A DNA stretch of 64,000 nt from Geosiphon pyriformis uo1 (lineage: Eukaryota > Fungi > Glomeromycota): positions 1,303,924-1,367,923 of the forward strand of contig JAAOMT010000009.1 of NCBI GenBank assembly GCA_016748015.1. Reading direction: 5' to 3'. The notes under the pieces are model-generated. The model saw nothing but the letters and a program-made list of their open reading frames with translations, was not told the origin of the DNA and did not search any database. This document shows positions 12,649-24,613 of this stretch, one piece after another. Position 1 is the first letter of the stretch. Each line of letters opens with the position of its first letter. A program made the position numbers and the translations under genes.

Positions 12649-15400
12649 GTGGCAGAATCAGAAAGTATAGGAGCAAACCATTTAGGATTTGCAAAATCTT
12701 TATTTCAACACTACTGTCAACACTTGGAATTAAACCACAATCAAATATTAGCAGAATTAGCCTTCAATTTCTATGTTAATGAAAGAATTGCCTATTTGTT
12801 AGAAACACCAGTAAACACTGAATCAGCAAGAGAAACTTTTTATCACAAATTAATCCAAAACACTAGCTTACTAACAAATTATAATTTCACATCCATCATC
12901 ACTGAAATTAATAAAAAAATTGAACATCACATACAACAAAGATACCCAATCACTTATGCCAGTAAAGGCAAAGGAAAATTACAAACACCAGCAGTAATAC
13001 CTCAACGGATCCAATCACCCACTTGGAAGAAACACAGAATTGAATCACCAACAAATTTATCATACCACTATACACCTGGAAGTGCCATTAACATTACATC
13101 AACAAGTGTGTCCACATTAAATATAACATCCATATTTAGACACTTCCCATTTTAGAGTAAACAGAGAAAAAAAGATTTTCTAAGACCATATGACACATAT
13201 TTCGAAAGATTTAAGTTATGATTGCCAACACCATCAAAACTTCAATCTCCGCTACTGCAACCAGATTTTGGAACCGCGAGTCTCTGGAAAGTAACAGATT
13301 CGGAAGAAGAACAAGAAGAAAAGAAAGAAGAATCTGAAGATCAAGAATTTACTTACCAGAATCCAATCCCAGAAAACCCAAATATTGAAACCCCAAATTT
13401 TCAGACTTAGCCAAATTCAAATTTGGAAAATCCAGAAATTGAGACTCCAAATTTCCAAATGCAGCACCATTAGAATAATCGCAATCTTAATATCAATAAT
13501 CAACAACACTTACCTCCAGTAATTGTGATTAATCCAGCTTCACCAATCAATGAACAGCAATAGCAGCTACTTTAACCATCTCAACAACCACAGCAGCCGC
13601 TTTAACAGCTGTAACAACAACTGCAACAACCAAACATTGATTCAATGGTCTACACTCTGATAGCAAAACTTGAGAAATTCACCAGTGAAGATGATGATGT
13701 CCAAGTGTGGCTAAATAATATGGAGAAAGCCATTGTAGCCAATGGCTGGAATGACACCAAAGCCATGCAAGCCATTCCTTACTTTCTCCAAGATACTACC
13801 AATTCATGGTATCAAAGCTTGGTTAACAAACCCCAAAATTTTGCTGCATTCAAACTTGTATTTCTACAATATTTCAGCAACAATAATAGTATTAATCAGC
13901 TAGCAAACACTTTCATCACTATCAAACAAAGGGAAAATGAAGCAGTCACTACTTATCTAGAATGCTTTCATAAGAATCTGCACCAAATTTAAGCAATCCA
14001 GGCTGACTATTTTACAGTGCCACAAATCCTAAACCAATTTATTAGAGGTCTGCACAGTAGCATTCTCCAATGCATATGTCCAATACATCCAGCAGACCTT
14101 CAAGCTGCAGTTACTAATGCCAGAGATTTTGAATTGGCAGAACTTGAAGTAAATCATGTCCAAGCCATTAATCTAGTAATGAATAGATCATCTGAATTGG
14201 ATTCCAAATTAAAACAATTCAGTGATTCAATTAATCAGAAATTGGAAAGATATTTTGCTGACAATCATGCAATTTATTAACCACCACAATAATGCAATAA
14301 TTCAAAAAACATGAATTGTTTCCAAAATCAGTCGTGTTTATCATCATCTCCAAATCAGCCATGACAACAAGAGACGTGTGTTTACCATAACTGTGGTAAA
14401 CAAGACCATATTAGAGCTGACTGCTGATTTTATAATAATAACTAACAATTGGGAAATCAATATCAAAACTCTAATTACCAGTTCCCAATTCCAAGTTACC
14501 AATCCAACCTAGCATCATATCAACTGACTTACCTATTAATGATACAACAGCCAATATATCAACCATCTGTATATTAACCTCCAGTTTATTAACTGCAGCC
14601 ACCGATAATATATCAACCACTGCAGCCACAAATAATTTATCAGATACCCACAGTTCAAACACCATCATTAAACTTAGCTTAAATAACATCAGGAAACCCT
14701 AAATCAAAAGTTACCCAAAACTGGAGATCAGCAATGGTTATTTACCAACCAATCTCCAGTTCATCTAACCAGCCATCAGGATCATGACAGTGGAATTCAG
14801 GAACCGGGTATACTCAAAACCTGAGTTCCCAGAACTATTTAAGTCTTTTGGTTACCACAGAAGACACCTCACTCAACACTCAGGAACCCAAACAGAAGCA
14901 ATCACTTACCAATATTCTGCCAGCCACTGTCATGGAAGACGAGTCTCTAGCAGCTATATTTCCTTTTAAAATCAAGGAACTAACAGAAACTTCTTTGTTC
15001 AGTGGAGCTGCATTTGAGAAAAAATCTATTATGGTGATATACACAGATGCCAAAATTAATGGTCAGTCCATCAAACTGATTCTAGATAGTAGATCAGCCG
15101 GCAGCATCATCACAAGATGGCTCATGGACCAATTAGATCACTGAGTTGATTGAGCTGCCAGTGCAAAAATAATTACAGCTGATGGAATCACCAAGACTCT
15201 AATTGGTGAAATAAATAACTTGCCCATAGAAATCAATAATATCACTGTATCAATCAAGGTATTAGTCATAGAAGCCACTCAATACCAAACACTAGTGGGT
15301 AATGACTGGCTGTTCAAAATCAATGCAACACTCAACTGGAACACCCAAAAGCTCTAGCTTAGCCAGAACGGACAACACACATGTGTACCAGCCATGTGTG
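12649..15400 (+). pseudogene. gag (N-terminal extension, capsid, CCHC knuckle, YQPP-rich linker) and aspartic protease of element C
   Basis: All fragments lie in one frame. IAKLEKFTSEDDDVQVWL capsid; YHNCGKQDHIRADC knuckle at about 14380-14425; LILDSRSAGS protease. Confidence 0.9.
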
Positions 15401-15755
15401 GCCATTTCAAATCCATTATTATGCCATCAACTCCACTTATTGAATTCGAAAAAGAAAAAGAGAAACCTACTTGGGAAGCATACCAAATCTCTTGGCCGAT
15501 GAAGACCACAATAAGCTACCACTGATACTTTCTTGGAATGACATGGAAAAAAGGAAGAAAAACAAAGAACTTATCTAGAATACTGACCAAAACTGGAAAA
15601 CTGATAATGACCAAGACAAACCAGCCAACTGGGAGTGAGAAGAAACTGATAAGAGAAAGGGAAAGAAGAAAGAAGAAGAAACCATTCTCACCAACAGCAC
15701 TTATAGTTTAAACACTTACATTTTATTACCACCATCCAATTATTATCAACCAAAA

Positions 15756-16400
15756 TTGGAATACATTGATTGCGGCAAGAAATTGTCATCAATGAGCACA
15801 TGCTATAGCGATAACAAGGAATACTCCATGACCACAAGATTCTATTACCGTCCATGCATCATAAAGTGCTTTGGACGACCAAAACAACAAGAAAAATGGG
15901 ATAACCAATCATGTCTCACATGTAAAACTATTCTACCTAACGAAAGAATGTGGAATGACATTCCTGGACATGGAGAAACATGCAACGAGACATGTCAGTA
16001 CACCATACTAATAAATGATTGGGTAAGCAAAAGAACACCAATCAATGATGCCTAAAAACAAGCATTGTGATAATTGGAAGGATATTTCCACAATGAAGAT
16101 GAACTATGAAGAATGGCATATGTGAAAGCAGAAGGTGCAACAACCAGTAAACTATTAGAGATTAAAAATAATCTTTTATCTCTTCCTGAACCCAAATATG
16201 TCCAAACTTTTGATGTTTTTGGCAACATTGAAGATAACCCAGAAGAATTTCATGAACATTACCAGCATTTGGCATCTATTAGGGAAGAACAAAAGCAGCG
16301 TTTAGAGCAGTTGAACACTTAATTATGTCAACATTGCTTAATCCTATGTGACTTTCAGTATTGTAATAAGTGTAACCTCATTTACAATCTATCACCACAC
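15756..16400 (+). pseudogene. Cys-rich domain of unknown function between protease and dUTPase
   Basis: YIDCGKK..TCY..YYRPC..SCLTC..TCNETC..LCQHCLILCDFQYCNKC; the same pattern is in element B (about 4520-5130). Confidence 0.7.
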
Positions 16401-16649
16401 ATGATCTACATGATCTCAGAAGAAAACAAACCAATAAGCAGCTGCACATCTGAATTGGAATTGATTTCCAATCCCAATTTAAACTCTGACAATGACAATG
16501 ACGAAAATAACAGTTTTAGCTCTGTTTAAAATAACAACAATTTTAACTCAGATTCAAACTCCAATTCAAACTCTAAACAATATATTGCTCTTCCAGACCT
16601 TACTAAGGAGCAGGAACTGAAGTGGTTTAGTGACAACAATAAAGATATT

Positions 16650-17045
16650 ATGTCTAAATGCGCACATAATACTGATGCAGAGTTTGATCTGAGATATCCA
16701 GAAAAAGATCCCATCAAATTGGAACCACATTCATGTACTTGCATTGATCTAAAAATAGCACTGGAAATTTCAGCAACAACAATGGTACAACTAGCATCTA
16801 GGAGTAGTCTAGCAAAAAAGAGGATAAACATCAGAGAAGAAATAATTGACACAGGATACATGGGAAATATTATTGCTATGCTACAAAATGATTCTGAAAA
16901 GGTCTATATTATAGAGCCAAATAAAAAGATAGCACAGGCAATATTCCTGCTTCTGGTTAAAATAGCTCAGCTAGTGTCAGTGAAAAATAGGGAAGAATTA
17001 AGGATAACAGTAAGAGGGATATAGGGATTCGGATCAATGGGTAAA
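16650..17045 (+). pseudogene. dUTPase domain of element C
   Basis: DAEFDL, ASRSSLA, IIDTGYMGNI, KIAQAIF, RGI*GFGSMG. Confidence 0.92.
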
Positions 17046-17465
17046 ATAGATATACCAGTTAATATGGTGGAAGAAGAGGTTAGTGACAAAAGAGAAATTA
17101 TCTCAACTCATCAAACAATTTCCATCCTGCCATATGACCAGTACATGTTAGCCATAAAGAAAAAAGTAAAGAATCAAGCTCAGTTGTTTAAAGCAGAAGC
17201 CACCATTTGCAAATCAGAAGAGATTGGACTCACTAATCTCTACATATTAGCCAAAAGCCCCAAAAATATTAAAATCCCCATCTACAACACAACCGGAAAT
17301 GTCATTGAGATACCCAAAGGAACCATTATTGGATACTTAACCACTAAAGTTGAGGACCAACCACCAAACCACATTTCAGATTTTCCACAACTTTATGAAT
17401 ATGTAAACATTATATTACAGACTATATACAGATGAAGTGAATGTTATCTACTCCAACCAGAACAA

Positions 17466-20287
17466 TTGGAACAAATCAACATGGGGAATCTAGACCCATT
17501 TCAACAAATGCAACTAAAGATGTTACTCAGCAATTTCAATGACATCTTTGCAAGTGAAAATGAATTTGGCCACACCAACATCATCCAGCATCAAATCAAG
17601 ATTGGAGATACAATGCCAATTAAGCAAAGAACATACAGAGTACTACCAGCTAGCCATGAGATTATTTGTTAAGAAATCAATCAAATGCTTGACAATAAGC
17701 TAATTCAGTCATCAATGAGTTTATGGTCATCACCAGTGGTACTAGTCTGGAAGAAGAATAGAAAAATTTGCTTTTGTGTAGATTACCAGAAATTGAATGA
17801 AGTAACCAAAGAAGACAGCTACCCAACTCCAAAGATCCAAGAACTATTTGACGCTTTTGAAGAAAATAAATAGTTCTCAACACTAGATTTAGATAGTAGT
17901 TACTGGCAAGTAGTCATGGATCCAGCTGACAAAAAAAAGACTATATTTATACAAGAAAAGGGAATTTTGAATTTGAAGTTATGCCATTTGGCTTGATAAA
18001 TGTTCCAGTGACATTTCAACGATTCATAGAAATTGTCTATACTGGATTACTATGGAAATTAGTAGTCATATACTTAAACAACACAGATGTATTTTCTAAA
18101 ACATTTAATGACCATCTACATCATCTTCAACAAGTATTTGAAAGACTCAGATGAGCAGAATTGAAACTAAATGCCAACAAATGCTTCTTTGGCAAAACTG
18201 AGCTCAAGTTTTTGGGACATGTGGTAAGCAAAGATGGTATTAAAACAGATCCAGATAAGATTGCAATAGTAAAGAACTTTCCAGTACTAACAAACTTGCC
18301 AGAACTAAGGGCATTTTTGGAATTTGCAGGCTATTATCAACACTTCATCAAAGACTTTTCTAAACTAGCCCAGCCACTTTACCATTTACAAACCAAGAAT
18401 ATGAAATATAAATGGACTGAAGCTCAACAAGAGGCATTTGACACATTGAGAAGAAAGCTTATTCAAGCTCCAGTATTGATGTATCCAGATCACAGCAAAC
18501 CATTCATTATTACTACAGATGTATTAGGTTAAGCATTGGAAGCAATACTATCACAGAAAAGACCAGATGGAAGAGAACATCCAGTAGCTTATGCCAATAG
18601 AAGCTTAAGTCCAGCCAAAAAAAACTATGGAACACCAGCATTGGAACATTTAGCAATCTATTGGGCAGTCATGAAATGGAGAGAATACTTGAGTCAAAAG
18701 TTTGAAATATATACGGATTACAAGGAATTGACTTCAATCTAGAAACAAGAATTTGTAGATGATCACCATATCAGATAAAAAATAGAACTTTCACCATTTA
18801 ATTATACAGTACATTATAAAAAAGGAAAAAACAATGGAAATGCTGACGGATTGTCACAAATAAGACAAATCTAAAAACATTTCAACCCAAAAATATAACA
18901 AAACATGAATATGTAAAAATACCAACAACTTCAACATTATATAAATACCCAATCATTCAAGGAGAAATTATCTCAAAAGGAACAAAACAACATAAAACAA
19001 CAATCAAAATATTTTATTAATCATCAAAATATATTTTACTGGAAAAACAGAAGAAATTCAGATCAACTAACCAGAGTAATCACAGAACCAGAAAAAGAGA
19101 CAATATTATTCAACATGCACTCAAATCCAACAGCAGGATATTTTCATAAAGAAGCAACTATAAAAAGAACTAGAAAAAGATATTATTGGTCATCAATATA
19201 TCCAGACATTATCCAATATGTTCGAAATTGTGATGCTTGTCAAAGAAGAGAAGGAACAAGACCAAGTGAACCATTAAGACCAATTAAAGTGGGACAACCA
19301 TTTGATCATATTGGAATTGACTTAGTCGGACCATTAACAATTACCAGTAAAAGCAACAGATATATTGTAGTAGCCATGGATTATCTTACTAAATGGCCAA
19401 AAGCAAAAGTCATTCAAAGAGCAGATGCAGAATTCATTGCCAAATTCATTTATCAAGATTTGATATGTCAACATGGATGTCCAAAAGAACTACTATCAGA
19501 TCAAGGAACTTATTTTGTGAATAGAACATTAACAGAATTAAGTCAAAAATTTGGAATCAAAAGACCATTGTTATCACCATACCATCCACAAACCAATGGA
19601 CTAGTTGAAAGATTCAATAGAATACTGTATAAAGCAGTTGCCAAGATCAGTTAAGAAAACCAAGATAAATGGGATTTGTTTATACCATCAGTACTATTTG
19701 TTTATTGGACAATGAAGCAAGACACTACATAAGCAACACTATTTGAATTAGTATATGATAGAACAGCAACATTACCAGTTGAAATAGAAGTTAACACTTA
19801 TTCAATTGAACCAATAACTGAAGACAATTTTCAGGAAACATTGCTAAGAAAAACATATGACTTGATGAAAACTCTAGAAAACAAGTGACAAAGAGCAGCT
19901 GATAACATTCAAAAATCACAAGAGAAACAAAAAGAGAGACATAATAACCAACTACCAGACAAACCAGTTAAATTCAAGATTGAAGACAAAATACTTCTAC
20001 ATCATACTAAAGCAGAAAAACAATGGAGTGGAAAATTTGACCTCAAATGGGATGAACCATTTCATATTGAAGAAATTCTGGGAAATAGAGCTTATAAATT
20101 AAGATGGGACAACAGAATTTTAGCCAAAGCAGCACATGGTAATTGACTAAAACCATATCACCAGATAGCATTATCATCTACCAATAACATTTTACAACTG
20201 GAAGTACAAAGAATACTAGTCCAATCAGATAAGATTCCACAAGATCTGGAACCAATTATATTTATTGAACCAAACACGTCAAATTGA
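17466..20287 (+). pseudogene. reverse transcriptase, RNase H and integrase of element C
   Basis: CFCVDYQKLN, KLNANKCFFG, IITTDVLG, EIYTDYK, NADGLS; integrase MHSNPTAGYF..CDACQ, IGIDLVGPL, LLSDQG, PQTNGLVERFN. No chromodomain recognised. Confidence 0.95.
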
Positions 20288-20318
20288 ACAAACCAAAGAA
20301 TATATAAAGACACAGTAT

Positions 20319-20948
20319 ATGCAACAAAAACAACCAAAAAAAATGGAAATACCAAATCATATTCACACTATAGCTTAACAATTATTCCAGGCCTTAAGTG
20401 AACAACAGTTAGACATGGAAATTGTTATTAACAACCAAATAATTTGCTATTGAAACAACCAAAGAAAAACAAAGAATACACTATACCAGTGACCACCAAA
20501 GAACAATAAAAACTGGACAAATAACTTAATAGAAAAAGTGAAGAACACTTTTGGGAAAATCTCTGTGATGGCACCAACAGAAGAGTTTATGAAAAAAAAT
20601 TAGAAGCAATGAACAGAATGACTTCCAATATCATATTGCTATTACCAGTTAGGTCAAAAGTTGAACATTCAAGAATTGTATATCCACAAATCCAAGAGAA
20701 TATTTAACCAAAACATAATACAACAAATTGAAGAATTTATTAGAAAGAAAACAAATACAATGCTACATGTGAAAACAATTTACCAACTGCACAACATATT
20801 TCAGAACTATCCAGAAATACTGTTATACTCTGACATGGAAACCATAACTATCAATCAATGGTGAAAAATGAACAATATACAAGTAGAAGATGTAAGAAAC
20901 AGAGTCGAACAAACAATACTTGAAAAAGAAGTATTAGAATTAATTTAA
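20319..20948 (+). pseudogene. extra sense ORF (ORF3) between integrase and the PPT, unknown function
   Basis: One 210-codon frame, MQQKQPKKMEIPNHIH...YYQLGQKLNIQELY...EKEVLELI*, with about 7 internal stops, all one transition away from sense codons. Confidence 0.6.
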
Positions 20949-20976
20949 AACAAAGATTTTGACAGAGCTCAATATT

Positions 20977-20989
20977 AAAAAAGTGGAGA
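20977..20989 (+). promoter_or_regulatory. polypurine tract of element C
   Basis: AAAAAAGTGGAGA just before the 3' LTR. Confidence 0.7.
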
Positions 20990-20992
20990 TAA

Positions 20993-21809
20993 TGTTACTC
21001 ATAGAAAAAAAACAGATATAAGAAAATAGTAAACCAATAAGAGAATAGTATATAACACGTGAACACATTGCTCAGCAATATAGAGCAATATTAGAAAACA
21101 CAGCACATTGCTCAGCAATGTGGAGTGATGTTAGAAGATGAGAGCACATCACTCAGCAATGTGAGCATTGCTCAAGAAATTATAGCACATCGCTCAAGAA
21201 TGTAAGTGATCTCATAGAACATCAATTATATATATATAGTGATAGTATTAAAAGTAGAAAGAGCAGAATCCCTTAGTTAAAAACCTTCCACATCACAAAT
21301 ATCAATAAATAATTATTCACTATCTCAATTCACTTTTCACTATCAACATGTAGTGTTAATAGTAATTGATACTTAACCACACTGGAACAATAGCTCTTGA
21401 TCATGGCTATTGACAGAATACTAACTTGCAATTGCTTTCATTTATTTTTTTATTTTTTTTTTATTTTTTTTGTTTTGTTATTTCTTTGGTTTTACTAAAA
21501 AATTGATTAAAGATTAAGTACTGAGATATAAATGTCATAGTGACTGGTAAAAGACCCGTGAAACAAGGGTAGAACACTCATAGATTTGAGGATAGCTTAT
21601 CAGGAGGATTACCAGCCACCACGCTGAGAAAGAAATTTGACAAAACTGCAGTTTCAGAAAGCTACAGATAAAACCATCAATTAAAATCTCTGTCCATTAT
21701 ACAAAAAACTCTACAACAAAACCTTCAGATATCAACACCTGAGTATCAATTAAGCACCAAGTTACAGATTTGTTATTTGACTTGAGACCCCAAATAATTA
21801 TCTGTAACA
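20993..21809 (+). repeat. 3' LTR of element C
   Basis: TGTTACTC...TGTAACA. Confidence 0.95.
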
Positions 21810-22020
21810 ACAGCTACAACAATCTACACAAATATATTAATCAAATTTGCTTACCTCTAAATGGTTATGGCAATTAATATAACAATGATAATCAGATTTA
21901 CTTACTTTTGGATAGTCTTGACAATCAATGTAATAATGATAATTTACTTTACTTATCTTTAGATAGTTATGGCAATTATCACAGCAATACTAAATAAATT
22001 TACTTAGTGGCTTGGACAAT
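21810..22020. repeat. 51-bp tandem repeat, right part
   Basis: Same unit as 11580-11772. Confidence 0.8.
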
Positions 22021-22202
22021 TATTCAATATTTGCCACCAAGACAAAGCAGAGCATACTATTTTACACCAATTTGCTTGTTGTAACTTTTAAAATTATACC
22101 AATAAAATAATAAATTAATGAATAAAGCAAACAATAATAGATTAATATAAGTCTTATTATTGCAATACTTAAATGCAAAATAGGGTTGACATTTAAAATA
22201 AT

Positions 22203-22270
22203 ATTTGGGCACTTTTTATAATCTGAGGTATTTTACATATCTAATTAAATATGAGATGACATCTGATATT
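22203..22270 (-). repeat. right arm of the inverted repeat (partner 9808-9897)
   Basis: See left arm. Confidence 0.7.
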
Positions 22271-22459
22271 CATATCTAATATTATATAATTATAGTGTGA
22301 CTATAGAGAGTGGAAATTACTTATGTTCTGCTATTATATTTGTGGGAATAGAAACTATAAAGAGATATATATAGTAAAAGTGACTATAAAAAGATAATAT
22401 TATATATAAATGGTTTTGGTTTTTAAAAAAATATGATTATAAGAAGATAGTAACTATAA

Positions 22460-22489
22460 CCAAAGAGACTATAGAGAAAGTTCACTGTA
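22460..22489 (-). repeat. candidate pogo-type terminal inverted repeat with TA target site
   Basis: Minus strand reads TA|CAGTGAACTTTCTCTATAGTCTCTTTGG. GACTATA(G/A) subterminal copies at about 22299 and 22382. Correct side and orientation for the 5' TIR of the 8661-9743 transposase. Confidence 0.6.
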
Positions 22490-24480
22490 TTATTTATTTA
22501 TTTTATTTTATTTTGTTATTTTGTTTTACTAATTAATTAATTAAAATTAATTACTAAGTATTATTTGCTTTATTATTAAATTATTGTTTATTATACACAA
22601 AACTTTATCAATAAAACACTTTTAAATAAACCAAAGTTTTTAAATTTAATTAAAATAAAAATATTAACTTATAAACTAATACTTAATTCAACTATTTATA
22701 ATACTAACCAATTTTTATTAATTTTAAAAACAAAATAAGTTATGCTTTTAAACATATTTCTAAGTAATTAATTTACCAAATTACTTGATATTACAAATAA
22801 ATTTGTAAAGTTATATGAATTTTTCATAATTTGGTGCTTAAATTAATTATTACTGTAATCTAAAAAATTTTTAAAATTTTTAATAATAAAAATTCTTTAT
22901 ATAATAAACAAAAATTTAATAAAATAGTAAATAATATTCTGTATTTAATTTTTTTAATATAATAACTAATTTATTTTAATATTTATATTTTTTTAATAAA
23001 TAATCTTAATTTTTATAATTATATATACATTTTTTTTTGGTGTTTTTTATTAAGCAATTCTTGATATTATAATTTTATTGCTTTTTTCTTAATTAATTTG
23101 TAAAATAAACAAATAAACAAAAAAAGTAATAATAATAAAAATTAATATTTTGTTAATAACTATAATTAAAAGCTATTATTTTAATATTATTAAATATATA
23201 TTGTGAATATTACTAGTATTAATATAAATAAATTAGATTTTAATAAGCTAAATATAAATACATAAAATAATTATAGTTGTTAAATATTGAATTTATTTAA
23301 TAAAAATAATAGAAAATTAAACTGATTTTTAACTAAGCTTATTTATTTTTAAAATAATCTGTTTTTTTGGCTTTTAATACTTTTACTATATATACATAAA
23401 TCTTTATAATACAAAATTCTTAAAATTTTTAAATTTTTTTAAGTTATTATTGAAATTTTTGGCATTTTTAGAATTTCTGAAATTTTGATATTATATATTA
23501 TAATAATCTTTTATTCTGTTATTGACTATTTATACTATTATTTTTTTCTGTTTTTTATATAAATGATATTAATTTTAATAATTAAACTAACTAAATAAAA
23601 ACTAAATCTATAATTTTTTTTTGTTTTTTAATATTGTTTTTAATAATGTTTAAAAGACTATTATTAATTATTTTTTTGATGTTTAGTATTTTTTTTAAAA
23701 TTAAATTAGTTTTTATTAAAACTGTTTTTTAGTTTATATATGAATTCATTAATATTCAAATTTGTATCCAAAAATAATATAAAGCTTTTCTGTATAAAGT
23801 TTGATTTATAAGTTTTTTTAAATATTGTATTTTAAGTTAAATTTATTGAATTTATTTGTTTTTTTACTCTTAAAATTGTTAAATTTTTAGTAGTATCTAA
23901 ATTATTTTTTTGGTTGTTATTGTTCTATATAATATGTTTTTAAATATATTTGCTGTTAATATTATAATAGCTTTTAATATTTATAATAAAGTTTTAAAAG
24001 TTTTTTTAAAGTTTATTAATATTTGACAATATATTATTATCTATTTTAAGTTTTTTAATATAATTACAGTTGCTTTAATATACTAATTAGTCTTAATAAA
24101 CAAAAATATTATTAGATTTTTTTTTGGTAAATCAAAGAAAATTTTTTTATAATATATTTAAAACCAAATTAAATGATTTTTTCTCTTATTATTTAGTTTT
24201 TAAAATTAATAAACTGGTTTTTTAAATTAATAATTATATTTGTTTTATTTTTTGTTTTCTTAAATCTGTTAAATAATTATAAAATATTTTTAATTCTTTT
24301 TTTTAAATTTTTTTTTAAGTTTATTATTGGTTCTAAGTTTTTATATTATTTTATATTAATAGAAAATTTTATGTTAAAACTTTTGTTTTTTTGGTCTTTT
24401 TTTTTGCTGTTTTTGTTGTTAATTTTATAATTAAATTTAGATTAAATTCTTTAAAATCTCAAATTTTTGTTTGGTTATTT
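22490..24480. repeat. extremely AT-rich eroded TE relic (continues at 30869-32227 after the LINE)
   Basis: Alignable by eye to 57550-59200, e.g. 23740-23860 versus 58710-58830. Confidence 0.75.
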
Positions 24481-24613
24481 ATTTTATTTAACGCATTTAA
24501 CAAGTGTAGCCCAATTGCTATCTAGTACATAGAACCAAACTAAGAGGCTCAAACTAAATGCGACTCACGCACTTTCTACATGTGGCTAGCCACTCAGGCC
24601 AGACAAGGCAACA

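Larger units (their letters stand above)
11773..21809 (+). mobile_element. full-length Ty3/Gypsy LTR retrotransposon C (gag-PR-Cys-rich-dUTPase-RT-RNaseH-IN plus extra 3' ORF), degenerate
   Basis: Two LTRs of about 816 bp, PBS, PPT, and 4-bp TSD ACAG (11769-11772 / 21810-21813). RT-RH-IN order defines Ty3/Gypsy. Confidence 0.97.
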
